NCBI GenBank assembly: GCA_002269645.1
Contig: NIVC01001340.1
Coordinates: 310,001 to 374,000, forward strand
Direction of reading: 5' to 3'
From: Macrostomum lignano
Lineage: Eukaryota
Length of the DNA: 64,000 bases
The notes under the pieces are model-generated. The model worked only from the letters and a program-made list of their open reading frames with translations, had not been told where the DNA came from and ran no database searches. The position numbers and the translations under genes are program-made. Positions 12,110 through 25,400 of this stretch are shown one piece after another (position 1 is the first letter of the stretch; every line of letters begins with the position of its first letter).

Positions 12110-15100
12110 GAATCCCGGCGCAACCAATCGTAGAGGTGTCCTGCTCAGCCACTGGTGCCAACATGCTGGTAAACTGTCGCATCCTGCCAATGTGTATCCC
12201 TGCCAGCTGTCTAGTTGACACTGGGTGTTCCCAGTCTTTGATGTCAAGTTCCCTGTTTCGCAAGCTGAATGACAGGCTCCTGCCTTTGACGACTCCGGTG
12301 CAGTTGAAGCTAGCAGACGGTAACTATTTGGCTGCCTGTGGTTGGCAGGAAGTGCAGCTAAGTTTCGGTGTGGCAACGGTTCGACAAAGAGTTTTAGTTG
12401 TCGACAATCTGGCCAAGGATTTTTTGCTGGGTGCAGATTTCCTGGCAAACTGTGGCTGCGTCATCGACTGCAATCGCCAAACGCTCACTGTGTGCGGTCA
12501 GCAAGTAAAAATGGAGTCATTGGCAGCAAGTAGCTGTGTATTCGCCGTTGAGGTAGCAGACAGGACAACCGTGCCCGCTGGTCACGAAATCGTTTTCCCA
12601 GCGAGATTGGCAAGTGAGTCAGATGCAGCTGTTGATGGTGAGTGCGGCATCTTTGAGCCTGACAATTCGAAGGACATCTCCACGGTCATGTGTGGAGCGC
12701 GCAGCCTCTCGGTGTTGCGAGGAGGACTCATCGCCGTTCACTATGTCAATACGGACACCAAGCCGCATACATTTTACCCCGGAACAAGACTGGGGACTTT
12801 TGAGCCGATGTCAGATGGTGCCGATGCAGAGTTGTCAATGCAAGTCGAGACAGTGAAAGGTCAAATCGCCGAGTATGTACCAAATGTGCACATTGATGAG
12901 AAAAATCTTACAGCCAATCAAGTTCAGTGTGTCAAAGATCTTCTGCATCAGTACCAGGATGTGTTCTCGAAAAGTCCAAACGACCTGGGCTGCACTTCAC
13001 TCCTTGACCACAAAATTGACACCGGGTCGGCGAAACCTATCAGAGTGCCCCTCGTCGATTGTCGCCGCCGAACCAGCGAGCTGTGTCAGAGATGGTCGAG
13101 CAGATGGTGAGAGACGACATCGTAGAGCCTTCGAATTCTCCGTGGTCGAGCCCGGTCATTCTGGTGAAGAAGAAGGACGGCAGTTTGCGCTTCGTGAACG
13201 ACTTCAGACTGCTCAACTCCGTGACCGTCAAAGACAGTCATCCACTGCCTCACACCAGCGATCTGATCGATGCTCTCGCAGGATCCACAATGTTCTCAAC
13301 GCTCGACTTCACTAGCGGGTACACCCAGGTGATGCTGGACTCAGAGAGTCGCGCAAAAACAGCATTTCCTGCGCCACAAGGATTATTCCAGTACAAGAGA
13401 CTACCGCAAGGTGTGTGCAATGGTCCTGTCACGTTTTCAAGGCTGATGGAACTCGTTCTGAAGGGCCTCCGATGGGAAGTGTGCCTGTCATTTCTTGACG
13501 ACGTTGTCATCTTTTCGAAAGGATTCGAGGAGCATCTGCGGCGTCTTGAGCTTGTGTTGCAGAAATTCAGAACCGCTAACCTGAAGTTGAAGCCGACCAA
13601 GTGCCACTTGTGCTATCAGGAGATCTCATTTCTTGGCTTTCGAATCTCAAAAGATGGCGTGACCACTGACCCGGACAAGGCGAAAGCAGTGCAAGAGTGG
13701 CCAACGTCCGAAGATCGTTCAGAAGTGCGACAATTCCTGGGGTTATGTGGCTACTATCGTCATTTCGTTAAAAACTACAGTGAGATTGCTGAACCGCTGT
13801 ACAAGCTAACGCAAAAGGACGTGACCTTCAGCTGGACTCTCGAATGCTCAGCAGCATTTAATCGACTAAAGCAGTGCCTTACTTCCAGCCCAGTCCTCAT
13901 CATGCCGACATTCGCAGAAGACGCTGAGTTCGTGCTAGATACCGATGCTTCTGGCGTGGCCATCTCCGGAGTTCTTCAAGAGCGCCGTGGAGGCAGGACG
14001 CAGGTGGTGGCGTACGGCAGTCGCATTCTGTCCAAAGCAGAGAGAAATTACTGCACAACGAGGCGTGAGCTGCTGGCAATTGTGCACTTCGTCGGTCACT
14101 ATCGCAGCTACTTGTTAGGAAAAAGATTCACACTACGTACTGATCACGCCTCGCTGATCCATCTTCTGCGCTTTCGAGATCCCGATGGTCAGCTGGCACG
14201 GTGGCTGGATAAGCTAAGCGAATTCGACTACCAGACGGAGTATCGCAAGGGCGAGAAACATGGAAATGCAGACGCACTTAGTCGGCGACCGTGTCGAAAA
14301 GGACCTTGCCTGTGCAGTGGCTCTGCGCTCGCTGTCGAGTTCAATGACGACAGCGCGATTCGACGAGCACAGGCAGAGGATCGGTGCATGCAGAAGCTGG
14401 CGAACTGCTTGCGAGATGGTCAACCACCGGATAAGGCAGAGACGGATGGCTGGAGCAATCGGCAGCGGCAACTGCTGTCCGAGTTTAAGCGGCTGACACT
14501 GGTGAACGGACTGCTGTGCCGCCGATGGGAATCCGAAGATGGCAGCGCCTTTTGCCAGCAGCTGCTGGTGCCAGAGAGTCTACAGCGCGATGTTTTTGTC
14601 GAAGCTCATGCTGGAACGAGCGGCAGCCACTGCGGACCGCAGAAGACCATTGAAAAGATCAGGGCGCGACTCTACTGGCCTGGAATGACAGCAGATGTGA
14701 CTGACTGGTGTGCTGCGTGCCTCGAATGCGCGACGCTGAAAGATTCTGGCCAGCACAGGCGGGCACCTCTACAGAGCATGGCGGTCGACTGGAAATGGAC
14801 TTCATGGTGGGCCTGCCGAGGACCGATCGTGGAAATTCAGTCATCCTGGTAGTCATCGACACCTTCAGCAAGTGGACTGAGGCCTTTCCACTGCCGTCTC
14901 AAGACGCTGAGACCACAGCCCGGACGTTTGTCAACGAGTGGGTGGCTCGCTTTGGAGTCCCGCAGTCGGTGCACACCGACCAGGGTCGGAACTGGGAGTC
15001 ACAGCTGTTTCAAGAGACGATGCGGCTGCTGAAAATCGACAAGACTCGGACGACAGGCTACCACCCTGAAGGAGACGGCGGTTGCGAACGGATGAACCGG

Positions 15101-16069
15101 ACACTGGTACAGCTGTTGCGTGCATGGGTGAACGAGAATCAGCGAGACTGGGATCTTCATCTGCAGATTGCACTGATGGGCTACCGCACTTCAGTCCACA
15201 AGTCGACTGGTCAGACACCTTCGGCGATGCATTTCGGCCGGGAACTGCGACTACCACTGGACTTGGCATACGGAGGTCTGGCGCCGGATAGGCAACGTCC
15301 TTGTGAATGGGTGGCCGAGCTGCGGAGCCGGCTGCAGACATCGCACGAGAGGGCGCGACAAAACTTAGAGGCAGCGCAACTGCACCAGAAGGCAGCGTAC
15401 GACAGGAGGTGCCACGGCGAGGCATTCAGCGAGGACGATCTGGTCTGGCTGCACAATCCGGCGCTGAAGCGAGGCGAGAGCCGAAAATTTCATCGATGGT
15501 GGACTGGGCCATGGCGCGTTAAAAAGCAGATCTCAGACGTCACCTACCGCATTCAGCACGAGGCCAATGCACGACGGCGAAGGGTGGTGCATTTCAATCG
15601 CCTGAAGCCATGCAACACGGCCAGTCCAGCTGCAGCACCTCAATTGCAACCAGCGGCGCAACTGCACAATCCTGACGAGGACGACCTGAGATTTGACGGT
15701 GTCCCAGCCGGCGCCCCAGCCGGCGTCCCAGCCGGCGCCCCAGCCGGCGCCCCAGCCGGCGCCCCAGCCGGCGCCCCAGCCGGCGCCCCAGTCGGCGCCC
15801 CGGTCGGCGCCCCAGCCGGCGCCCTAGCCGGCGCCCCAGCCGGCGCCCCAGCCGGCGCCCCAGCCGGCGCCCCAGTCGGCGCCATAGCCGGCGCCCCAGT
15901 CGGCGCCCCGGTCGGCGCCCCAGCCGGCGCCCAATCGGCGCCCCGGTCGGCGCCCCTGCTGATGTTCCAGAGCATCCTGAGCAGCCTGTATTGCGCCGAA
16001 GTGAGAGGGCCCGTGCCCCGCCAGAATTTTTTGGTGAAGTGTATACTCATTGAATGCAGATTTTCTTAG
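12046..16069 (+). CDS. pol: Pol of inner element (protease-RT-RNase H-integrase), two apparent frameshifts (~13060, ~14790)
   Basis: CLVDTGCSQS protease; SPWSSPVILVKKKDG, SFLDDVVIF RT; LDTDASG, YCTTRRELLAIV RNase H; HHCC, HTDQGRNWES, GCERMNRTL, WTGPWRV integrase. Confidence 0.93.
12061..12101 (+). promoter_or_regulatory. Programmed -1 ribosomal frameshift signal (G GGA AAC + downstream hairpin)
   Basis: Heptamer GGGAAAC at 12061-12067 is in X XXY YYZ phase with gag. After a 6-nt spacer comes the stem ggagcggc...gccgttcc. The pol ORF is in the -1 frame. Confidence 0.8.
15697..15955 (+). repeat. 12-bp GC-rich tandem repeat (ggcgccccagcc) encoding (GAPA)n in integrase tail
   Basis: About 20 in-frame copies. 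Confidence 0.92.
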
Positions 16070-16254
16070 AAATTTTTTTTTTGAAACATTGACATTGCTT
16101 AAGTTTATTTTAATTTCCTCTTTTATTTCCCTCAAATACTTATTCGTTCAAATATTCGATCACAATTCGTCGAACTCATACTCGTTACTTTTTTTAACAC
16201 AACGAAAAATGCAGAAAGTGAGTGGAACACTTTTTTTTGAAAGAAGGAGAGCAT

Positions 16255-16419
16255 TGTAAGATGGTTTGCTTAGTTGATTGCGTGTGCGCACGTTCACTAG
16301 CTCTTATGTACATTTGCTCGCTGTACAATGATAATATATAAGTGAATGCCTTGGCGCCCTGGGCAGCCAAGAGTTGGTCTACGCCTTAAGCCAATTTCTC
16401 GTTTTCGTTTGTTCTTACA
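16255..16419 (+). repeat. 3' LTR of inner element
   Basis: Matches 11084-11248. Confidence 0.97.
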
Positions 16420-17140
16420 GTACGATGTCGGGGTCGACAGCGGCAGCACCGGTCATCCGAACCCTCCGCCAGTGGTTCAGCATTCTCATCGCCATTCTCA
16501 CCCGCCATTCTCGTCCGCATAACTCAACGCCTTCTTGCGCAGCCAGGGCGTCCACCACCATCGGACTACGTCGTTACATCCGAAAGCCAACGGACTCGTA
16601 GAGCAATGCAACCGAAGCCTCAATAAGGCAATCAGAGCGGCGATCCTGGAAGGCAGCGACTGGCAGGTGGCACTGGACGACTACCTGGCCGCATACCGGC
16701 GAACACCGCACGCATCAACCGGCATGGCCCCAGCCGACCTGCTATTCGGCCGACAGCTCAACGACACGATCCCAGGTTGCGCCACAACCGTCCCGTTGAT
16801 GAGTCTCCCAGGTAGCCGACGACGAGTGGCCGAGTGGCCCCGGGGAACGCGACAGCGGACAGAACAGCCGGCCGGATGAACCAAACGGCCTGCCGAGCCA
16901 ACCGTCAACCAGGCCGACGTCCCGCTCGCCAACGGGCCGCACCCCCGACAGGCCAAGAAGACGCCGAAACGCTACGAAGAGGGCGACCGGTGAAAGGCTC
17001 CGAACATCTGACAGCTGCGGAACAGCAGCAAGGACTGATCATTGACTCTAATGACTGACACTGAGTGCTCGATCGCGCGTAACATGAACCCAATGTTGTA
17101 ACCCAACCCCACCCCGGGTTCCAATCCACCAGACGAGGGA
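16420..17140 (+). pseudogene. Outer element integrase, 3' remainder
   Basis: TTSLHPKANGLVEQCNRSL and YLAAYRRTPHASTGMAPADLLFGR, frameshifted. Confidence 0.88.
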
Positions 17141-17366
17141 TGTAGCTAGATGCGCAGGCAGGCAGTTCGGGCACCTAGTTTGCACTCCGTGACCCCCACC
17201 CAGCCTATCCACTTCCATCTGCTCGAGCACATCCCAACGCGCACTCAATGAATCGGATATCTGTGACCAGACAATAAATATACAGGCACAGCCACATTCT
17301 ATATTTCTACACCTTTTTGAGTGGCTAACTAACACTCGCAATAACAAGCCAGAGTTGCTCGCTACA
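17141..17366 (+). repeat. 3' LTR of outer element
   Basis: Aligns to 8384-8611. Confidence 0.93.
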
Positions 17367-19454
17367 ATGTGCTGTTTCCATACATATTTATTCCTTTACA
17401 TTTCCTTTACATACGCTCCCATGCAAAGCTATGTACATTTATTGTAATCAAATCCTAGGATGCACATCTGTGGTCTTTGTTTTTGAGGATATAAATTATA
17501 TAGATGCAATTCCTTAACAATAGCACCATAGAAATTACTGAAGATGCAAACACCTGTATATGGTAATAACATGCACTTTGGTCAAAATTCCGATGAAATT
17601 TAAATTTCTCAAACTGCTGCAACTGGGTTCAATTATTTTTATACTGTGATCGTAACCCACATGGTATATGTGCGTACGCTATCATAAAGCAAAACATTTT
17701 TGCCTTCCTTAAACTAATTTTAACTGTAAGTATAATGCTCATTTGCAATAATAAGGTTGGTAAAATTCATTCTTGAACTGCGCTTGGTTTTTGAGCATTA
17801 GTTAATTTTTTTGTCTATCATTTCGTATTTTTAGCACGATGTTTGTGTATGGCGGCAATATAAATTTTAAAATAAATAGAAACGTTTTTAAGAGTTCGCG
17901 CGACAACCATTTTTTTCTTTGCTAAATCATTCTACTGTTTTTGAATTGCTAAATATTATATAAAGCCTGCTGCCTGCTGTATACAAATATTAAAAAATAA
18001 AGCCGAAATTATCTCATACTATATTTTATACATTGTGCAATATGGAAACATGTTTGGTCGTTTGACAGTCATGGGACTTCCAAAAACTTATTATAAAGGA
18101 CAATAAATTAAAAAAACAGTCAAACTAAATTTTATTTGAATATATTTTGTTTTGGTGTCTGAACACATAAAATACATCTATATTATCATATTTGAATATA
18201 TTTCAGATTATTAAATCTGAAAAATTAGATCTGAGTAGATCTAAGATTAGATCTGAAATTTCAGATTCAGATTATATCTGAATATTATTTTTATAATAAT
18301 TCAGATTCAGAAATATATCTGAATGCATTGTTGGCCCTGCGGGAGCTTTACTAAAATAATATTGGTGCTAGTTTTACAATTGCAACATTTAAATCCAACA
18401 AAATGCATACTTTTCTAGTTTTCTAGCAAAAAATCTATTGTTCAGCACCTAGGATGAAGTTCATCCTAAAAATAAATAATCAATAATGCATTCTATGCAT
18501 TATTTTTCTTTAACTCTAAGGCAGCTTTAGTAAATTAACATTCTCACTAGAGCTACCATTGCAACATTTCTTTTCAACACACTTTTCTGGCAAAAACATC
18601 TATTGTTCTATGTGCTTTTCTTGGTCAAAATTTTCTTGTTTTATGAATTTGATGTATAAAATACAGTGTACACCTTGGTTTGGCATACCTTTCTTCAAGT
18701 TTCTTTGTCAATTTTTGTTCTGTGCACTTGATGTATTTATAAAGTATACCTAAGGCCAAAAATATATTAGAAATAAAGGGCTAAAGCAATTAACTAGGTC
18801 TTAATAATTTATTTTTGATTCTAAGCTTGGCCTAATTAACTTAGGCTATTAATCAAAAGCTTTGAAAAATTAGCCCAATCAAGAATTTAACTATACAAGT
18901 CTTTTTTGCAATTAAAATAGTTGATTTTGTTGGCAATCTCCTAGTTTATTTCATTACTTTTTTTAGTTTTTTCATATAGAATAGATAGAATCCAAGTAGT
19001 AAGCATATTATTAATGTCAAATCCATTAACAATATTAATAATAGTGAGCTACCTAATAAAAGAAGTTTCCAAAGACCTTTCCTAGAAATAGGCATTGCCA
19101 TAGGCTCCCATGATTTCTAGACATATTTATTAAACCTGTGGCTCCTATAGGTAGATGTCAATATCCAAAAGCTTTGTGGTTGGTCTCATATCAGCTTCAG
19201 GGAGAATTGTGGCCAGTGCTCTAGGCCTTCTAGCCATTACAGAGTCAGCAAATTGGCTAGAAAGTTTGAAAAAGACTGAAAAATAATTTAATGCAATAAA
19301 TTAGGACATTGCCATTTTGTTTAATATATATTTATTTGTATTTTATATTTAAAGCTAAGTGGACTAGCTAGGTTTAATGTGTTTCCTCTTAGATGGCTGC
19401 CAACTCCAATATAAAACTTGTATCTATAAATGTAGAATTTTCCTACGCAACATA

Positions 19455-20590
19455 TGAGGGGTGATCAAAAAGTTCTGCAACTGACTTCACAACTCAGTGC
19501 TATAGCAGCCGAGGTGTCTAATCAGTGTCATATTCCCTCAAAGTACTTTCCACCACTATCTATGCATCGTCGCATGCGTGTGCACCATGTCTGAAAGCAG
19601 TCATGGTATTCCAATGTTGGTATACCCTGTAGAGCTGAATGTACTGCTTGGGCAAGGTCTTGCATGCGTGAAAACGGCCTCCCAGAAATGATGGATTCGA
19701 TCTTCGGGAACAGCCTAAAGTTGCACAGTGCTAGGTCTAGAGAGTAGGGTGGATGGGGCAGCAGCTGGACCCCCTGCTGCTCCAGGTAATCCATAGTTCA
19801 GGCCGCTCTATGCAGTGCCACATTGTCATGATGCAGCAGGAGTCGAGGTCCATGCCTGGTTCACACACATTCCTGTTGCTCCTGCAGCACGCCTGGCAGA
19901 ACAGTGTCTGTGTAGTACCTGGCAGTCACTGTGGCACCCACTGGAAGGATTTTCACTGCTACAACACCCTGAGAGTTGAAAAAATGGTGAACATCCACTT
20001 CCGACTGCGGAATCTGGTCTTCAGCACCCCAGGCCTTGGCTCATCTTCTGCTAGCCAGACCATGTTGGACTGCTTATCCTTCATGGTAAAAGAAGGAGAT
20101 CCAACATTTGTCTCCTGTGATGACATCCAAAAGTTGTCATGGGCCGTGGGGCTCAAACATTTGTAGCCACAAGCGACAGATGCGCACCCTCTCTGCTTGC
20201 TACTCCGGAGTAAGAAGATGGGATACCTATCGAGCGCAAGTCTTTGTGCAGCCTAGTTGCTCATGCATGATGTTATGAGCACTTCCATAGCTGACACCAA
20301 GCTCATAGGCAATGAATCTCAGCATAATGCTCCAATCCTCACAAATTATTGTATTCAGCATGGGCCATGACATCTTCTGTCACAGATGTCTGGGGTCTGC
20401 CAGACCTCGGTTCATCATTGAAGCTGTCCCAGCCTTCCAAGAAATGGCGCAGCCAGCGGGCAACTGTGTCAAATGATGGAGCAGAGTCAGCTAAAACATT
20501 CACCAGATTGGTGTAAATCTCAGTCACTTTGCAACCAAGTTGCATGCACATAAAGATATAGAAGCAAACGCTGTCTTTTGATATTTCCAT
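19455..20590 (-). mobile_element. Degenerate mariner (Tc1/mariner) transposase with one recognisable TIR
   Basis: DEPRSGRP HTH, CAR*VSHLLTPE (WVPHLL), ITGD, HHDN and HPPYSLDLALCNF (YSPDLAP.D) motifs with stops and frameshifts. TA plus tgaggggtgatcaaaaagtt TIR-like end at 19453; the partner TIR was not found. Confidence 0.9.
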
Positions 20591-20929
20591 CAGCTACTGA
20601 AAACACATGAAAAATATATGGCTATGAAATTTTACTGGAGCACATTTGGAAGCCAAAAATGCATATAAATATAGCAAACAGATATAGCCGCATATGTGTA
20701 AGTTTTCGCCTTTCGGCTTTAAATATAAAAACAAAAGCATAGCATTGAAGAAACAATTTCTATACTTTCAACTTTTTGCAAATATTGTAGTCATTTGGAG
20801 TCAGAGATAAAGTTGGAGGGTTGCATATGCACATTCAAGCCAGCTATCATTTGATTAATTTCAGTAATGGAAGAGATAGGTGACAAATTTCGATTGGTTT
20901 CATTATTGGTGCCTTTAGTCATTCAGATA

Positions 20930-21580
20930 AGAGAGAAAGGAGAAGAGAGGAGAGATGATATAAAAGAGAGTAGATATACAAGCTTACTTAGCAACATTGA
21001 TTGAAAAGTAGCCAATCTATATACCAGTGAGAAATTTCTCTTGGACTATTCTGAAACAAAAGATGTGAGAAAGAGACTTTACCTGCACTCTCAAAAGAGG
21101 TGATCATGGATGGAATCTTCTGTGATGGCAACTTTTCAATGTTGCTGAGTATATAAAAGAGGGGAGAGAAAAAAGGAAAGACAATAGAGTAGAGAGGAGA
21201 GACAAGAAAGAAGAGAGGAGATAGGATATGGTAGTGAGGAGAGAGGAAAGATGAGACATGAGAAAGGAGAGGGTAGAGAGAATATAGGAGATATGAAAAA
21301 TGAGAGCACAGAAGAGAGAGAGAAAAGAGAAAAGGGAGAGAGAGAGAGAGGACAGGGTAGAGGAGAGACAACATATAAGAGAGTAGGGATTAGAGATTAG
21401 AGATTAGAAGAGGAAAGTAAAGAGAGAGAGAGAGAGAGAGAGATAGAGGAAATAGAGAGGATAGGATAGAGGAGAGACAATAGATAAGAGAATAGAGATG
21501 AGATGACAGAGCAGAGAAGAGGGGAGAGATGAGAGTAGAGATGAGAGTGCAGAAAGGAGAGAGCAAATAAGTTTTAAAGG
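20930..21580. repeat. GA-rich low-complexity tract
   Basis: Purine-rich gagagagg/agataga runs. Confidence 0.85.
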
Positions 21581-22445
21581 ACCCAAGGGACATAGAGGCA
21601 GATGCCAGAAGCCAGAGTTTGCCAATGCCATGCTTTAGACAGGCATTGTCTGACAGACATTGGCAAGCTAGCCAAAGAGATCAATGCCTGCCTCAAATCT
21701 TTATTTAAGACGAATTTACTCCATTTTTATGTCTATCCTAACTATTAACAAGCTTTTGTTTGAAAATTATTTTATATTTTAGAGGATTTAGAAAATGGGA
21801 TTCAGCTGACTGATTTCAGTGAATTGAATTCTGTCGATAGAAGTTCTATCCCCTTTCTCCTCCAATGGAAGAGTTGGCCTTGTATATTATAAAGATTATC
21901 TAATATAGGTAATACATTGTACTATATGCCTTTAAGTTTTAGATAAATAAAACTTTAACTATTGTAAATGTAGTGTATAATATTTTGGATTCCAGTCACT
22001 TTGTCTGCCATCAACTTATCAATTTGCAGACAAGTCGACTCCATCTGAAAAGTAGAGAACACAAGTTGGTATATAGTTAACCTAATATTAGTAAAATTAT
22101 ACAAAAAGACGTGTATAGGTGATTGATGTTTCTTATTTATAGGGACTCTATATTTCATTTTAAGAGTTAATGATTTATAATCATTAGGATTATTGCCATT
22201 TAGAGTCCTTTATCAATTCTCAAATTTGATCAATTGTAAACACAGAGTCTGCAGACTTTTGAAACTTCTGTAGGTCAGAGAGTCAGCAGTGTAAAGGGCT
22301 GTTCTAACATTGACCAATATATTTATAATCTAGCAGTTATTATGCAACTTCACTGAGCCATATATTAATTATAAATGTCAAGAGTTCTATGCAATGTAAA
22401 TGCATTTTACATTCTTTCATGCCACAGAGTTGAAACTATTCAACA

Positions 22446-25400
22446 ATGGAAAACTGGGAAAGAGTTTCTTATGGAAAAAAGAAGGACAAGTTGAACAAGC
22501 ATGATAAGAAGAAAATTAACGAAAATATGCTTCGTGTGGAAGATCTTGGTAAGCTATTTGTTTATTAATTTAATGTTGATAAATTAATCAATCAATTATT
22601 ATTAAATTCATTAACACTTTGCCACTATTGCGTAGCGACTAAGTATTAGTTTAGTTGAATAGTACATGCATTGGACATATGGGTTCTTTTCTAAGCGTGT
22701 TTTCCTTTTATTTCTACTGTCAGTAGAGTATTAAACAAAAGTTTAGTATAATTTATAAGGTATTTTGGTTGTATGACTGTATTTTAATTAATTAATGAGC
22801 TATAGACAGCTCATGTATTTTCTTCTCAACTGCTAGTTATTCTAATTGTTGAATAATTATCCAGATCACGTGGCCAGATCGTCAATCTACCTGGCTGGAG
22901 GCGAAGGGCTAGACCTTGCTGCCTATGCCGAGGCCAATGGCGCCGGAGGTGCCAGTAGAAGCAATGGCGCCGGAAATCAAGGCTCACCTGCCAAAGCCAG
23001 GCAGCAGCAGCAGTCTTCTGGGAGCAAGACTCAAAGTAGCAATGGAGGCTCTGCTAAAAGACCACCGGCTAACAATACTGAAGCGCTGCAGGCTGTAAGT
23101 ATAAGATTAGACTAGAATGTATGTGTCAGGTAAACTCTGGCTGGATGCAGCTGAACTGTATATGTATCTTCAGGTCTTAGACAGATTATATGACAGTTAA
23201 CTGTCTAATACAATCCTGCTAGGCAGGGTCAGGTGTCTAATAGAATCCTGCTAGACAGGGTCAGGTGTCTAATAGTCCTGCTAGGCAGGGTCAGGTGTCT
23301 AATACAATCCTGCAAGGCAGGGTCAGGTGTCTAATACAATCCTGCTAGGCAGGGTCAGGTGTCTAATACAATCCTGCTAGGCAGGGTCAGGTGTCTAATA
23401 CAATCCTGCTAGGCAGGGTCAGGTGTCTAATACAATCCTGCTAGGCAGGGTCAGGTGTCTAATACAATCCTGCTAGGCAGGGTCAGGTGTCTAATACAAT
23501 CCTGCTAGGCAGGGTCAGGTGTCTAATACAATCCTGCTAGGCAGGGTCAGGTGTCTAATACAATCCTGCTAGACAGGGTCAGGTGTCTAATACAATCCTG
23601 CTAGACAGGGTCAGGTGTCTAATACAATCCTGCTAGGCAGGGTCAGGTGTCTAATACAATCCTGCTAGGCAGGGTCAGGTGTCTAATACAATCCTGCTAG
23701 GCAGGGTCAGGTGTCTAATACAATACTGCTAGACAGGGTCAGGTGTCTAATACAATCCTGCTAGACAGGGTCAGGTGTCTAATACAATCCTGCTAGGCAG
23801 GGTCAGGTGTCTAATACAATCCTGCTAGGCAGGGTCAGGTGTCTAATACAATCCTGCTAGACAGGGTCAGGTGTCTAATACAATCCTGCTAGGCAGGGTC
23901 AGGTGTCTAATACAATCCTGCTAGGCAGGGTCAGGTGTCTAATACAATCCTGCTAGACAGGGTCAGGTGTCTAATACAATCCTGCTAGGCAGGGTCAGGT
24001 GTCTAATACAATCCTGCTAGGCAGGGTCAGGTGTCTAATACAATCCTGCTAGGCAGGGTCAGGTGTCTAATACAATCCTGCTAGACAGGGTCAGGTGTCT
24101 AATACAATCCTGCTAGACAGGGTCAGGTGTCTAATACAATCCTGCTAGACAGGGTCAGGTGTCTAATACAATCCTGCTAGGCAGGGTCAGGTGTCTAATA
24201 CAATCCTGCTAGGCAGGGTCAGGTGTCTAATACAATCCTGCTAGGCAGGGTCAGGTGTCTAATACAATACTGCTAGACAGGGTCAGGTGTCTAATACAAT
24301 CCTGCTAGACAGGGTCAGGTGTCTAATACAATCCTGCTAGGCAGGGTCAGGTGTCTAATACAATCCTGCTAGGCAGGGTCAGGTGTCTAATACAATCCTG
24401 CTAGACAGGGTCAGGTGTCTAATACAATCCTGCTAGGCAGGGTCAGGTGTCTAATACAATCCTGCTAGGCAGGGTCAGGTGTCTAATACAATCCTGCTAG
24501 ACAGGGTCAGGTGTCTAATACAATCCTGCTAGGCAGGGTCAGGTGTCTAATACAATCCTGCTAGGCAGGGTCAGGTGTCTAATACAATCCTGCTAGACAG
24601 GGTCAGGTGTCTAATACAATCCTGCTAGGCAGGGTCAGGTGTCTAATACAATCCTGCTAGGCAGGGTCAGGTGTCTAATACAATCCTGCTAGACAGGGTC
24701 AGGTGTCTAACACAATCCTGCTAGGCAGGATCAGGTGTCTAATACAATCCTGCTAGACAGGGTCAGGTGTCTAATACAATCCTGCTAGACAGGGTCAGGT
24801 GTCTAATACAATCCTGCTAGACAGGGTCAGGTGTCTAATACAATCCTGCTAGGCAGGGTCAGGTGTCTAATACAATCCTGCTAGGCAGGGTCAGGTGTCT
24901 AATACAATCCTGCTAGGCAGGGTCAGGTGTCTAATACAATCCTGCTAGACAGGGTCAGGTGTCTAATACAATCCTGCTAGACAGGGTCAGGTGTCTAATA
25001 CAATCCTGCTAGACAGGGTCAGGTGTCTAATACAATCCTGCTAGACAGGGTCAGGTGTCTAATACAATCCTGCTAGGCAGGGTCAGGTGTCTAATACAAT
25101 CCTGCAAGGCAGGGTCAGGTGTCTAATACAATCCTGCAAGGCAGGGTCAGGTGTCTAATACAATCCTGCTAGACAGGGTCAGGTGTCTAATACAATCCTG
25201 CTAGGCAGGGTCAGGTGTCTAATACAATCCTGCAAGGCAGGGTCAGGTGTCTAATACAATCCTGCTAGGCAGGGTCAGGTGTCTAATACAATCCTGCTAG
25301 GCAGGGTCAGGTGTCTAATACAATCCTGCTAGACAGGGTCAGGTGTCTAATACAATCCTGCTAGACAGGGTCAGGTGTCTAATACAATCCTGCTAGACAG

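Larger units (their letters stand above)
11084..16419 (+). mobile_element. Inner young Ty3/Gypsy LTR retrotransposon, near intact
   Basis: 165-bp LTRs 11084-11248 and 16255-16419 differ at 2 positions. Perfect 4-bp TSD GTAC (11080-11083, 16420-16423). PBS tggtggcagcgg complements the tRNA-Leu 3' end. PPT gaaagaaggagag. Confidence 0.97.
8384..17366 (+). mobile_element. Outer degenerate Ty3/Gypsy LTR retrotransposon, interrupted by a nested element
   Basis: LTRs 8384-8611 and 17141-17366 (TG..CA; about 8 substitutions and 2 indels). PBS-like tggcgttgtaagc after the 5' LTR, PPT agacgaggga before the 3' LTR, imperfect TSD atgg/atgt. Frameshifted gag, RT (RWVHDDIII), RNase H and integrase fragments. 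Confidence 0.93.
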
